From positions 1 through 40,822 of the forward strand of contig CAMWUZ010000001.1 of assembly GCA_947177595.1 (NCBI GenBank): a stretch of DNA of 40,822 nt. Direction: 5' to 3'. Shown piece by piece: positions 31,101 to 37,009 of this stretch. Position 1 is the first letter of the stretch. Each line of letters starts with the position of its first letter. Origin of the DNA: an uncultured Porphyromonadaceae bacterium. GTDB lineage: Bacteria; Bacteroidota; Bacteroidia; Bacteroidales; Muribaculaceae. Made by a program: the position numbers and the translations under genes. Under the pieces are notes generated by a model. The model was given only the letters and a program-made list of their open reading frames with translations, was not told the origin of the DNA and did not search any database.

Positions 31101-34100
31101 TCACTATCTATCACATGGGAATAATCTGAGCTCACATCAACCCCCAAAGATACAAGGTCTTTCAGCAGACGGTCAGACACACCGCATATCTGTTTCTTGA
31201 TTAGACCTCTTATTCCTTCTGCCGATTTCTGAATCAACTCTCCAATTGTGCCTTTGAAGTAGCTGAACAAATCACCGCCAGTGCCCTCATTAGAGACCTT
31301 AGTGCCCTTAGAGACCTTAAAGTCGTTATCCCCCTTTTGTTGACCTTTTATTTCTGACTCTCTTCCGGGTGCGCTTTCAGGTACAGTTCCCTCCGAAGCC
31401 AGCTCGATAGACCTATCTTCATTCCCTGCTCTCTGTTCTGCAACTTCTTTATCTCGTCCGGAAACAATAGCTTCCTCTGCAGGCAGAACTTCGTCGCCTC
31501 GCCCAGCTCCCGAGTGAATTCCTCCCGGCTCAGCCTCTTCAGCGCCTCCATTTTCAACTCTATGTCCTCCGGCAGTTTCTTCTTCTCTTGTGATTCCATT
31601 CTCTAATTCGTTTTGTTCAATTATTTCATCCGCAAAAATATCATAATAATCCGAGCCGCCCAAATTCTCATCCAAGTCCTTGAATCGCGCCATTAGCTGC
31701 TCCTCATAATCGCGATACTCCTCATAGCCTATTTTGAGATTTTCCTGATAAAAAGCCTCATTCTGACGCTCATAATAATCGAAATAATCCTGAGCTACCC
31801 TTCTCGCCTGCTCCATGCGGTTATTTATGATATAATTACGTATATCACCTATCGTTCGAGCACCGGATATAACCTCAATCAAGGCATTCAGAGCCTCGGA
31901 GTTGTCGTATGGCACACCATACTGATCGCATATCTCTTTGAAATAATCCTCCGCCAATCGGTCTATAGTCACACCGCCTTTAGCTTCAGACGCAAAAAGA
32001 CCGAACAATTTCTTGCGCTCACCCTCACCGATTCCGACATGACTCTTTACGCCATATTTCAAGACTCGTCCATCCCTGCTCTTATTGCTCCACGCCACTT
32101 TCTGGTGCGACAGCAAAAACGCTGCAACCTCATCCATAGTCTGAGGAGTGGTATTTTCCAAAATCGCAAGAGCTTCCGGAATATCTCTTACCTCTTCGGC
32201 TACTTCACGCAAACGCTTATCAAAATTCTTTTTCTCCTCCTGCCATTGAGCCTCGGCGGCGGCTGCCAGTTCAGCCTCTTCCCGCTCAGCTCTCTCCGCC
32301 TCCTCTATACGGGCAACACGCGCTTTCTCTACAGCCTCCCAGTGAGTCACCTTTTGTTTCGCCTGCTCAATTGCACCAAGGCGAGCTGATTCTGCCTCCG
32401 CAAAAGCATCTATGTCATCCACATCAACGCTCCTTACATTCTCGGCTTCCCTCAGGTTTGCCTTACTTCGCTTTATTTGGTTCTCTATAAACTTTCGCTG
32501 GCTTCCACCGTCCGGCAACTTCTCCTCTATCGCATCAAGGGCAAGCTCCGGCTCCACGGCATCAAGCATCGGCTTACCCTGCTCATCACGGGGCACTCGC
32601 TCAAGCGCACTTTTCTCTTGCAAATCCCCACTATTTGTCGTACCTTTGCCGGCAGCGGAAAGATTAGGAGTGACAGCACGTGCTCCTTCAATTGGCTGAC
32701 CGGCGGTTCCTAAAGCGGCAGCGTCTTTCTGCTCTTTCTTTTCTCTTGCCGGCGTTTTATTATCAAATGCTGTCAGCACCCAGTTACCGGCTTCGTCGCG
32801 AGCTACTACTACCCTATAATTATCCTTATCAAATACTGCCGTTCTGGCATTTTGTTCGGTAAACGCTCCATTCTTAATAACATCGTCAATCACCTCTATT
32901 GCTTCCTCCATAGAGGAGAAATCTCCGAGAGTCTGAACATGCTTTCTATCTATATGCGCCAGACCTTTGCCGGAATATGCCGTCGGAGCATCACCCCATA
33001 CAAGGTCTATCTCACCTATTTCAGGGCGATAAAATACACCTTTAGCCTGTCCGCTTTTAAGACGCGAGAGGTACTCTAAGGCTGCCTTTGCCTTACCGCG
33101 AAAAGATGCAAATACATCACCGAACTTTCCACGACCAACCGGCTTAATCTCAACCTCCTCCGGCTTATAAGACTTATAAGACTCATCCGACTTATCAGTC
33201 TCATCCAAAGCCCTTGCCTGAGACACCCTCAACACATCTGCCGCATCTGCACCACGCTGAACATCATCACGGCTCATGCTCATCACACTCCCGTCAGGCA
33301 TGGTAACATCAACCATACCGGCAACCGGGGCACCCTGCTCATCAACCGTATCACCTGAAATCACCACTTCAACAGGTTCGCCACCCTCCTCCGTCAGCAT
33401 ACGCACACGCTCACCCGGAGTAAAGCTCACAATACCGTCTATCTCAACCGAAGCACGTTCAGCCATCTCCTCGCTGATTTTCCCCGCAGCTATCTTTTTC
33501 AGCTCGGTCGGGTCAACCTCATTCTCTATACTCTTTATAAAGGTGGGCGCTGTACTCTCAGCATTACCTTCTGCATCCACAACAATCAGCATATCCGAAG
33601 AATTGGTCTTATCAATATCCCCATTATCATAACGCACAATCTTGCCGCTCGTCACCCACATCTGCCTGCCGTCCGTCAGACGCACCTCTATAACAGTCCC
33701 CGTATCAGCATTCGTGCAGCGGTCTATCTTTGCGTCATTCTTGCGCACCTCCTCCGAGATATCATCACGCACACGCTCTATCACCCCATCGTATGCCGCC
33801 TTCGCATTCAGGTAACGCTCTATCATAGTCTGCTCCTCGGGCTCCCCTTTAGACGCAATACCTCTTGCCTCCTCGATTGCGAACTTATCCAGATTATCTA
33901 CAAATTCCTCACCAAACGCTGCTACAAGATTCTCACGCTCATTCTCCCATGCAAGACGCATATCCTTACGCGCACCGCTGCCCTCTTCAGCGCTATACCC
34001 CTCCGCATAATAGTCATCCGCACCCGGCTTATATTGTTCATATGAATCATTTTCAATACCTTTGCCGTCAGAAGTTGTGCCAGGTGGTACAAGGGATCCA

Positions 34101-36976
34101 TCCATCTCTTCACGGACGAGTTGGTCGAAACGTGTCTCGTCAGCACGACTTCTTCTCTTTTCATTCACCCCTCTCGTTCTATCATAAGCCGTTATCACAA
34201 AGCTGCCATCCTCTTTTCTTGCTATAACAACTCTGTGATCCCCTTTCTCTATCTTGCAATTACCACCTTTCTGAAAAATGATATCACCATTATTGATGAC
34301 ATCATCCATAACGCTCATTAATTCTTGAACTGAATCAAAATCGGCATTCTGAATGATATGCTTCTCGATTATATGGCTAAGACCCTTCTGCTCATCGCCC
34401 CATATCAGACCTATCTCACCTATCTCTTCGCGATTGAATACCCCTCTCGTTTCGCCTGACTTCGCTTTATATAAGAATTTGACAGCATCCTTTATCCGCC
34501 CTTTGAAATCCTCATATATATCACCGAATACGCCTTTTCCAACCGGCTTTATCTCCGATTCTTCCGACTTATAAGACTCATCCGAAGTCTCCGACTCCTC
34601 AGCACCCCTATTTAGTATCACATTCGCAAGATTTAAACCTCGGAAATTAAGACTACATTCCATATAAGTCATTACGGCATCAAGCTCTTCATCTGATAGA
34701 CTGGAGTCGCTAATTACCTCATGGGCAAGATTACCGATATCCTCATTTGTAGTGGCATCTATGGCTTTTCTCAGCGACTCCCACTTCTCAGGCTTTAATA
34801 TATTTGCCGCCGTTCGGTCTGCCTTGTTTACCTCATGCTTCAAATATGAATACCCGGCAGAAGTTATGCCATACTTACCGATTCCCATCAGACCCATTGA
34901 CAAAGCCATTCCACCCCATATATCACCGTGGAACTGACCTGTAAAAAATAAATTCTTCCTTTCGGTTACCGGATTACCCTGCTCATCTAACACTGGGTTA
35001 CCATGCTCATCTAACACCGAAACTTCAGTGAACGCGTCATCAAGTCCAAGCATTGAACGCCATAAATGTCCATAGTACTCTTCAGAAATCTCCCCTAATG
35101 AGTCAGACATTCCAAGACGTGAGAAATGTTTTTTCACCGTGTCGCGAACCGCACCGAAGTTGGACGCATTGAGGCGAGCGAGCATACCGCTCATTCGCTT
35201 ACCTCCAAAGGTTTTTGCAACCAGCGGAGTAAGCTTATCCAAATGAGTGCCGAACATTTCCGAGTAGTTTTCAATAATGGCATTGGCTTCTCCTTGCCAT
35301 ACAGCGCTACCCCATGTTTTATCGTTAGAGAAATCGTAATTTCCATCTTCATCCACTACCACATCGCCCAACTTGCGGTCTATAATATCAGCTGCCGTCT
35401 TGCCGCCCTGAACAGTATTAGTCATCAGCGGAGCGCGGATAAGAAGTTCATCAGCGGTTGTGCCCAATGCTTTCACCATCCAATTGCCAGCCATTTTGCC
35501 GACACCTTTAGCACCATACTTCTTTGCGTATCCTTTTACACCGAGCTCAGCTATCTCCTTTATAGCCTTTTCACCAAACACCTTGGCAGACTGCTTCGCT
35601 GCAACACCTCCTAATTTGCTCAAACCCTCAAACCCACCTCCGGTGAGGTAAAAATCAACCATGAACGAGGGCATATATCCAGCCATACCTCCGGCTCTAT
35701 TCCACCATGAAGAATTACCTCCAAACAGCTGCTCCGCTTCCTGCTTGTCATGAATAGCCTTCATCATAGCCTCTCCGGCTTTTCGCTCACCCTCGGTAGC
35801 GGTAGGCTCAGCATACTGCTTGGAATTCATCATTGTCATAGCATCCTTTAAGTCGCCCACTCCTAAATCCCAAGTCCTGCCATCTGCAACAGCCCTGCCG
35901 AACCCACGCCAAAAACCAACATCCTTGCCTGACTGACGATCTTTCTCCTCACGTAGATCCTTTAACAACTCTTCTTTCTGGCGAATAGCAACCTCCAATG
36001 CAGCATTTTCCTTATCGCTCTGCTGCCGCGGAACATAGGTCTGCCCGGCAAGAATCGTCGCCAACGGAGCTTCATTCTTCTTGTAATCCTTCTCCCATTG
36101 AGAATAAACGCGCTCCTTACTATCCTCGTATTGCTTTTGTAGCTCAGCCAACTCCGCTTCCGCACTTTTTATGCGACCGTCAATTGACTCGCGCTCCTTC
36201 TGCATCTTGTACTCTTTACGCGCGGCTTTCGCTGCACCCTCCGCCGCATCTGCCTCATTCAAGTCTGATGTCAACCTACCGTCAGGAAGCAACCACCGCG
36301 TCACCGGCTTACCGTTCACTACACTCACATCGTATGGTACGGGCGATTTGGGATTCATAACCCCTTTCTCACCGGCAGCAGACTCGCCCGTACCCACTGG
36401 TGTAGGCGTTATACCCATAAGCTTAGTTGGCAGACCCAACAACTGAGCGCGCTCCTCGCGCCTCTTCAAATCAGCACGACCCGAAGGAAAATTAGACTGT
36501 ATCATCCTCCGGGTATTATCCATACGCTCCTCTGACTTCGCATTGAACTCATTCTGAATACCGCGCACCGTATTAATCATACGCACCTTTTCCTGCTCAC
36601 TCGGCTTCCATACAGGCTGTGTAGGCGCTCCGGAGGAGCTCGGCATTTCCACTCCGGCTACCGAGGGAGTATCATTACCCCTCTTAGCAGCCGCTTTATC
36701 ACCCTTGCCCGGAACATAATGCCCCTGCGCATCATAGCTACCGTCACCAGGAGTTACCGGCTGCTGAGACTGGACCTGCTGAGCTGGAGCGTAATACGCA
36801 TCAAACTCATCCATAGTACCCATCTCAAGACCCATTCCTACCGCCTTTTTGTAGTACCATTCCCTATCTTCCTTATTGGCAAGAGATTTTTTGAACTCCT
36901 GTTCATCGCCTATATCATAGCCTCCACCTTTGAGTCGATCATACAGCCATTTTACACCCTCATTATTCTGTTCCAT
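22148..36976 (-). CDS. giant polyvalent (probably virion-ejected) protein, ~4940 aa: 2x PBECR1-like, PBECR3-like, LPD5/LPD1 zincin-like, LPD3-like, PBECR2-like and JAB/RadC-like domains plus a large helical C-terminus
   Basis: Uninterrupted ORF; likely start ATG 36976 (MEQNNEG). Motifs: GEIxLxWG..GLxHI..KH twice (~34175-34555, ~32757-33151); IRHAMKQHG..VTMWKKK (~30848-31279); IEDFGEEIAGARK and FRGVQFGNW..SLAHEWWHALD (~28650-30727); HRMYGAVKI..YRVKTTIRE..HSYEVTKIE (~28040-28560); IIKKNILVKN..EIINWHY (~26975-27388); HNHPNG..PS..D (~26430-26476). Family names assigned by eye. Confidence 0.85.
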   Translation of the reverse strand: MEQNNEGVKWLYDRLKGGGYDIGDEQEFKKSLANKEDREWYYKKAVGMGLEMGTMDEFDAYYAPAQQVQSQQPVTPGDGSYDAQGHYVPGKGDKAAAKRGNDTPSVAGVEMPSSSGAPTQPVWKPSEQEKVRMINTVRGIQNEFNAKSEERMDNTRRMIQSNFPSGRADLKRREERAQLLGLPTKLMGITPTPVGTGESAAGEKGVMNPKSPVPYDVSVVNGKPVTRWLLPDGRLTSDLNEADAAEGAAKAARKEYKMQKERESIDGRIKSAEAELAELQKQYEDSKERVYSQWEKDYKKNEAPLATILAGQTYVPRQQSDKENAALEVAIRQKEELLKDLREEKDRQSGKDVGFWRGFGRAVADGRTWDLGVGDLKDAMTMMNSKQYAEPTATEGERKAGEAMMKAIHDKQEAEQLFGGNSSWWNRAGGMAGYMPSFMVDFYLTGGGFEGLSKLGGVAAKQSAKVFGEKAIKEIAELGVKGYAKKYGAKGVGKMAGNWMVKALGTTADELLIRAPLMTNTVQGGKTAADIIDRKLGDVVVDEDGNYDFSNDKTWGSAVWQGEANAIIENYSEMFGTHLDKLTPLVAKTFGGKRMSGMLARLNASNFGAVRDTVKKHFSRLGMSDSLGEISEEYYGHLWRSMLGLDDAFTEVSVLDEHGNPVLDEQGNPVTERKNLFFTGQFHGDIWGGMALSMGLMGIGKYGITSAGYSYLKHEVNKADRTAANILKPEKWESLRKAIDATTNEDIGNLAHEVISDSSLSDEELDAVMTYMECSLNFRGLNLANVILNRGAEESETSDESYKSEESEIKPVGKGVFGDIYEDFKGRIKDAVKFLYKAKSGETRGVFNREEIGEIGLIWGDEQKGLSHIIEKHIIQNADFDSVQELMSVMDDVINNGDIIFQKGGNCKIEKGDHRVVIARKEDGSFVITAYDRTRGVNEKRRSRADETRFDQLVREEMDGSLVPPGTTSDGKGIENDSYEQYKPGADDYYAEGYSAEEGSGARKDMRLAWENERENLVAAFGEEFVDNLDKFAIEEARGIASKGEPEEQTMIERYLNAKAAYDGVIERVRDDISEEVRKNDAKIDRCTNADTGTVIEVRLTDGRQMWVTSGKIVRYDNGDIDKTNSSDMLIVVDAEGNAESTAPTFIKSIENEVDPTELKKIAAGKISEEMAERASVEIDGIVSFTPGERVRMLTEEGGEPVEVVISGDTVDEQGAPVAGMVDVTMPDGSVMSMSRDDVQRGADAADVLRVSQARALDETDKSDESYKSYKPEEVEIKPVGRGKFGDVFASFRGKAKAALEYLSRLKSGQAKGVFYRPEIGEIDLVWGDAPTAYSGKGLAHIDRKHVQTLGDFSSMEEAIEVIDDVIKNGAFTEQNARTAVFDKDNYRVVVARDEAGNWVLTAFDNKTPAREKKEQKDAAALGTAGQPIEGARAVTPNLSAAGKGTTNSGDLQEKSALERVPRDEQGKPMLDAVEPELALDAIEEKLPDGGSQRKFIENQIKRSKANLREAENVRSVDVDDIDAFAEAESARLGAIEQAKQKVTHWEAVEKARVARIEEAERAEREEAELAAAAEAQWQEEKKNFDKRLREVAEEVRDIPEALAILENTTPQTMDEVAAFLLSHQKVAWSNKSRDGRVLKYGVKSHVGIGEGERKKLFGLFASEAKGGVTIDRLAEDYFKEICDQYGVPYDNSEALNALIEVISGARTIGDIRNYIINNRMEQARRVAQDYFDYYERQNEAFYQENLKIGYEEYRDYEEQLMARFKDLDENLGGSDYYDIFADEIIEQNELENGITREEETAGGHRVENGGAEEAEPGGIHSGAGRGDEVLPAEEAIVSGRDKEVAEQRAGNEDRSIELASEGTVPESAPGRESEIKGQQKGDNDFKVSKGTKVSNEGTGGDLFSYFKGTIGELIQKSAEGIRGLIKKQICGVSDRLLKDLVSLGVDVSSDYSHVIDSDAIRHAMKQHGGVSESNRGQIALTNSDFEKIEDIVTNYDTVNSEEGKRGIPNIIYSKSYPDGTTVFIEEQRRGRKELAAVTMWKKKTSALTDANHNEVTPISDLSKGSVGKGSESAVNNQVKGAVIEDFGEEIAGARKNMLKEMSKRFEVATVQALIEQPFSKVVKRPDFGRAVAQGAMTAEEAMAAEALWQSVYSAKKPTATRSNASKVSKWAASTYDKIKRLEEFVNAEPERRRELMSALSEVSYPGQAAEAEHFNKIKGWNSDKQFAEPVFTPDAAWVNMEVMKRIGSQPGDKLTIPFSIATDSAHQQYELRDSSDNRLWRFKASRNIDDVLDAMALAVKISRGDTDIDYPVDCFRVKGEGARYAETGEYKVSYFTNSRSYNIAEKICADEQEARDFAAKLKAQGKEAAIHPVRKTTGEYDGYAVIFRNPVTDEQIQVGDSFSSLEDAQMALAENPQEFSDKVNALVEQANGSKSRREHFYVTRFYDTMRRKTRYSVNRTKDNHRVRTFESLAEADAWYKENKDRLEAERVEAMNKRRKFVYFERSEKPRVGKDYRGGKGVTPEQFTEEFGFRGVQFGNWTKGADRQAALNETYDALMDLAKVTGLSPKAISLNGELGLAFGARGMGGANAHYEPLEVVINLTKTRGAGSLAHEWWHALDNYLMRQSGEALLFATETINNKGRLGAMRPEVAEALGGLLSAVKGSGYDKRSNSVDNSAYWGSEIEETARLFAEWAVAKLGDSHASNHFLSRGIEPGVIDSYQRMNYAIYKAQCRNAEVSPMSFEEFSKTPEAMNGFPYPTAEEVKQFTPYIDKLFGAMQEQKSDKGMMIYEPGAEYGEGFDAVQERAVSERGIVMPGLADKSVRIVDVPRHDFSGTGKEALKKAEAWAKEHITGTHTATNSQGNEFSYTISNHTVEKFVSRSAMAKSENQGVHLAVLKKLPQIISSSLDVEVHPDYAKGDSGVRTNRNAINSESLIHRMYGAVKIENAEYRVKTTIREYKDPNTNATAHSYEVTKIELLEAPSDNAKYGTVEPLAMTSNSSIPAAKLLNGVEKSYDKGVKLLDVSEKSQESIANEGEGYWRSRQLGLFGGVESSESSRESLVDVEPTTRIDMRGDRDMADPEGEAANRAIDEYAERLWNDLSELESAESNEQAVEAIEERIHNATEELEGKLTEYYKSVGNLEHDAVQASRDMSRRVRAEVSVAMLKRRGESLEGSNKGFKVTKDSKDVKDFKEGEDNQGNPIDENGKLIVEDVKSIDEITDEDFATPTRTVGLPAIPENIDKAIGANGKRVIIKKNILVKNRDNHKDLSPKNSREILNTALYSPELYGQNQKGSRPYNWILIHLADKNTCVLLEVDNKKDNCEIINWHYLSGRQLEQKKRQAEREGGRILTLSEGNAAGNTSLDLSSDGKVREKDSERQVPGGVNQMRTAGGNVVSFEGMGGIRKLEEGEFTLVERKFSETGEFGFTGKERVESVDDVAYIFRALEDFSVENAFVVLVKDGVPTVVHLGMGDATQTLVNMDAAYASMKAFGADEVYFVHNHPNGTLRPSAPDENMCRRFESLFGDKLKGCLIMNLRSGKYCLFGGEEGTTVRQRPGDEGGETIRVKRFDRQVFSPGYEPERITSVTSSKVIAEFIASQRLGGRNKVSFLILNHANQIVGNIHTPYSSYSENAAGLADMMTENAVRFGGMKVVPYGNVGFDGLKPLAERIKNGGSTIRILDAVNVMNGLSYESAFDKSVMESAAPYSVAVDEPRVNEPAGSLGLYAAMSAALSRLANAQEENWQLRVESYRSIGGNLSNLLRAMSVQKEYDKRTVKAITDLAQGLLAEGQMADMKDGEVKRLLSAVRNATGRKNVDSLAEKVYDIMLNTQLRHKREIHDKLKSTKVVKLNNRGVEVQGKVDGDTATRLKYYKEFIANTDAVTDKILEGIEERTHSDNDSIKHKAELEMDAAILAKRYKELVADKEAEHKALSEEIRMASKDVESGLMTRSAFNEFKRETLKSMRALRAEISDGYTEIVGALQGVVAKGQEGARAFVQREKDRINKLYDMVNADMGWISSNIHSKQSAASKVVYDVLHGATSTLPSFNEMMKLLAQQHPGGRGELYDHFVPKVLKASEDEYINTNETMGKLGEFAGEILEKDKAKWEDLAKYARKWELKGGGKTMTLSWVDSNGLRDFKVGIPQLAYIYAVNKMEDGRIKLRRMGISEENVAKIKQQLPDEMIKIVDWLQEEFLPMLRDRYNAEYEKTYGTPMPEIKDYFPLKISKRERKVNKDLGAREAETQKSATTTGSIIARTRNSLAIDILNADVFNVVTEHVLDMEHWVAYNEVASELNALTAMPLFRNKVENMRTIFGSGEGLLKTFEETCLIVTGSFKQRVNGLDKLVNSISKGATAGKIAFRSWTALKQITSLPAFLGDASAVELTKAVGHAREAFNWCLENLPLFHKRWVGRMSGNIRLLPSDLDFGFWHGKIMETAMKIGMTPNAFVDALTVAIGSYATYNTQLKHYKEVGFSDEVAAQKAKVDATISFNETQQSSESAFVSKLQISKYVHHTALTVFRQANIGYQRKGVVAIRDLWNHFVYGRDTRLNSIKQKLIADGINPTKAEEIADRVYTRSIIRSIITASVMSFGVTLAWYLFGNLPYYIFGKDEDEKNQKLKEDFVHAALDGVMQGLPMGDVVSSGLTALLTGTKLNSDLLRKDIPFVTDAYNIIDKFGYDKIGAWNDLANVAIQCGVGANPQTFTDAVVALWDYCGQDARTSQEFAILMMRILQMPQSQLDKIYFDELDVTGEQAKKMTPQEVAKRYAAYKVRRGATLLYGFYDDEARDKRISSYEKRAISTIKDQMSALWSNEVNAAYDEYSAINKEYKAMAKAVVKGEQMNWDETVYSSENRGINRRLHNKFDRYNKTFSRLSMGFVTSKTPEQANRFREALRWFKPKMIELMDAVKSKSEYEEYRIVDEITLLLEQSGFTEEERSKIRNGGF
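26834..26864 (+). promoter_or_regulatory. internal antisense promoter D (TTG-N20-TAACTTTG)
   Basis: TTG 26834-26836; -7 box 26857-26864. Confidence 0.72.
26870..26961 (+). ncRNA. candidate structured antisense RNA D (after the PBECR2-like domain)
   Basis: Imperfect closing stem AGACAAATCAAGAGA / TCTCTCGGCTTGTCT, internal GCATTGC-C(TTCG)G-ACAATGT hairpin with a UUCG tetraloop, T7 tail. Confidence 0.68.
27394..27443. repeat. degenerate 9-bp tandem repeat (CCTTAnnGn-type; encodes KGFKVTKDSKDVKDFK)
   Basis: 3-aa periodicity immediately N-terminal to the PBECR2-like domain. Confidence 0.75.
27930..27960 (+). promoter_or_regulatory. internal antisense promoter E (TAG-N20-TAACTTTG)
   Basis: -7 box 27953-27960; the -33 position reads TAG (one mismatch). 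Confidence 0.6.
27965..28055 (+). ncRNA. candidate structured antisense RNA E (after the LPD3-like domain)
   Basis: Stem GCAGGAATAGAGCT (27963-27976) / AGTTCTATTTTTGT (28041-28054) extended by TAGAGGT/GCTTCTA; inner GCC/GGC, CGAC/GTCG, TGC/GCA; several G-U pairs. Confidence 0.65.
30743..30773 (+). promoter_or_regulatory. internal antisense promoter C (TTG-N20-TACCTTTG)
   Basis: TTG 30743-30745; -7 box 30766-30773. Confidence 0.75.
30779..30853 (+). ncRNA. candidate structured antisense RNA C (after the PBECR3-like domain)
   Basis: 13-bp stem AGAACCTTTGCTC / GAGCAGAGGTTTT (2 G-U), inner CCGA/TCGG and TCAC-TTCATT-GTGA, T-rich tail. Confidence 0.72.
31280..31329. repeat. degenerate 9-bp tandem repeat (encodes NDFKVSKGTKVSNEGT)
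   Basis: Same CCTTA-based nonamer family as 27394-27443; N-terminal to the PBECR3-like domain. Confidence 0.7.
31348..31599 (-). CDS. overprinted 83-aa ORF nested in an alternative frame of the giant gene
   Basis: Own consensus promoter 33 nt upstream; A-rich initiation region (AACAAAACGAATTAGAGA-ATG); protein-like helical sequence while the host frame here is a low-complexity E/G/R linker. Confidence 0.65.
   Translation of the reverse strand: MESQEKKKLPEDIELKMEALKRLSREEFTRELGEATKFCLQRKLLFPDEIKKLQNREQGMKIGLSSWLRRELYLKAHPEESQK
31633..31664 (-). promoter_or_regulatory. internal sense promoter TTTG-N20-TATTTTTG for the nested ORF
   Basis: Full Bacteroidetes consensus: -33 at 31664-31661, -7 at 31640-31633. 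Confidence 0.72.
32618..32648 (+). promoter_or_regulatory. internal antisense promoter B (TTG-N20-TACCTTTG)
   Basis: TTG 32618-32620; -7 box 32641-32648. Confidence 0.75.
32654..32745 (+). ncRNA. candidate structured antisense RNA B (after the second PBECR1-like domain)
   Basis: 11-bp stem AGCGGAAAGAT / GTCTTTCTGCT (2 G-U), hairpins AGGAG/CTCCT and GCTG-A-CCG/CGG-CAGC (loop contains GGTTC), T-rich tail. Confidence 0.72.
33158..33206. repeat. 9-bp-periodic repeat (encodes DETDKSDESYKSYK)
   Basis: GACTTATAAGACTCATCCGA at 33171-33190 is identical to 34566-34585 and nearly identical to 37959-37980. Confidence 0.85.
34034..34064 (+). promoter_or_regulatory. internal antisense promoter A (TTG-N20-TACCTTTG)
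   Basis: TTG 34034-34036; -7 box 34057-34064. Confidence 0.75.
34070..34161 (+). ncRNA. candidate structured, tRNA-like antisense RNA A (after the first PBECR1-like domain)
   Basis: 11-bp stem AGAAGTTGTGC / GCACGACTTCT, hairpins AAGGGAT-CCATCC-ATCTCTT and GACGAG-(TTGGTCGAAACGTGT)-CTCGTC, T-rich tail. Confidence 0.72.
34556..34598. repeat. 9-bp-periodic repeat (encodes ESETSDESYKSEES)
   Basis: Contains the same 20-mer as 33171-33190; immediately N-terminal to the first PBECR1-like domain. Confidence 0.8.
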
Positions 36977-37009
36977 AACCTTCAAAAAAACAATAATCAA
37001 AACAATACA

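Noticed and set aside
34070-34161. Bona fide tRNA gene
   Set aside because: Stem lengths, D-arm and 3' end do not fit a canonical tRNA; kept only as a tRNA-like candidate.
33922-34164. 80-aa alternative-frame ORF in the giant gene
   Set aside because: No promoter or good initiation context seen; overlaps the RNA A module; likely chance, unlike 31348-31599.
22492-34806. Isolated + strand TAnnTTTG hits at 22492, 33725 and 34799
   Set aside because: No TTG at the 20-nt spacing and no structured RNA seen; treated as background.
34966-35017. 24-bp direct repeat (VLDEHGNP VLDEQGNP)
   Set aside because: Simple in-frame local duplication with no other associated signal.
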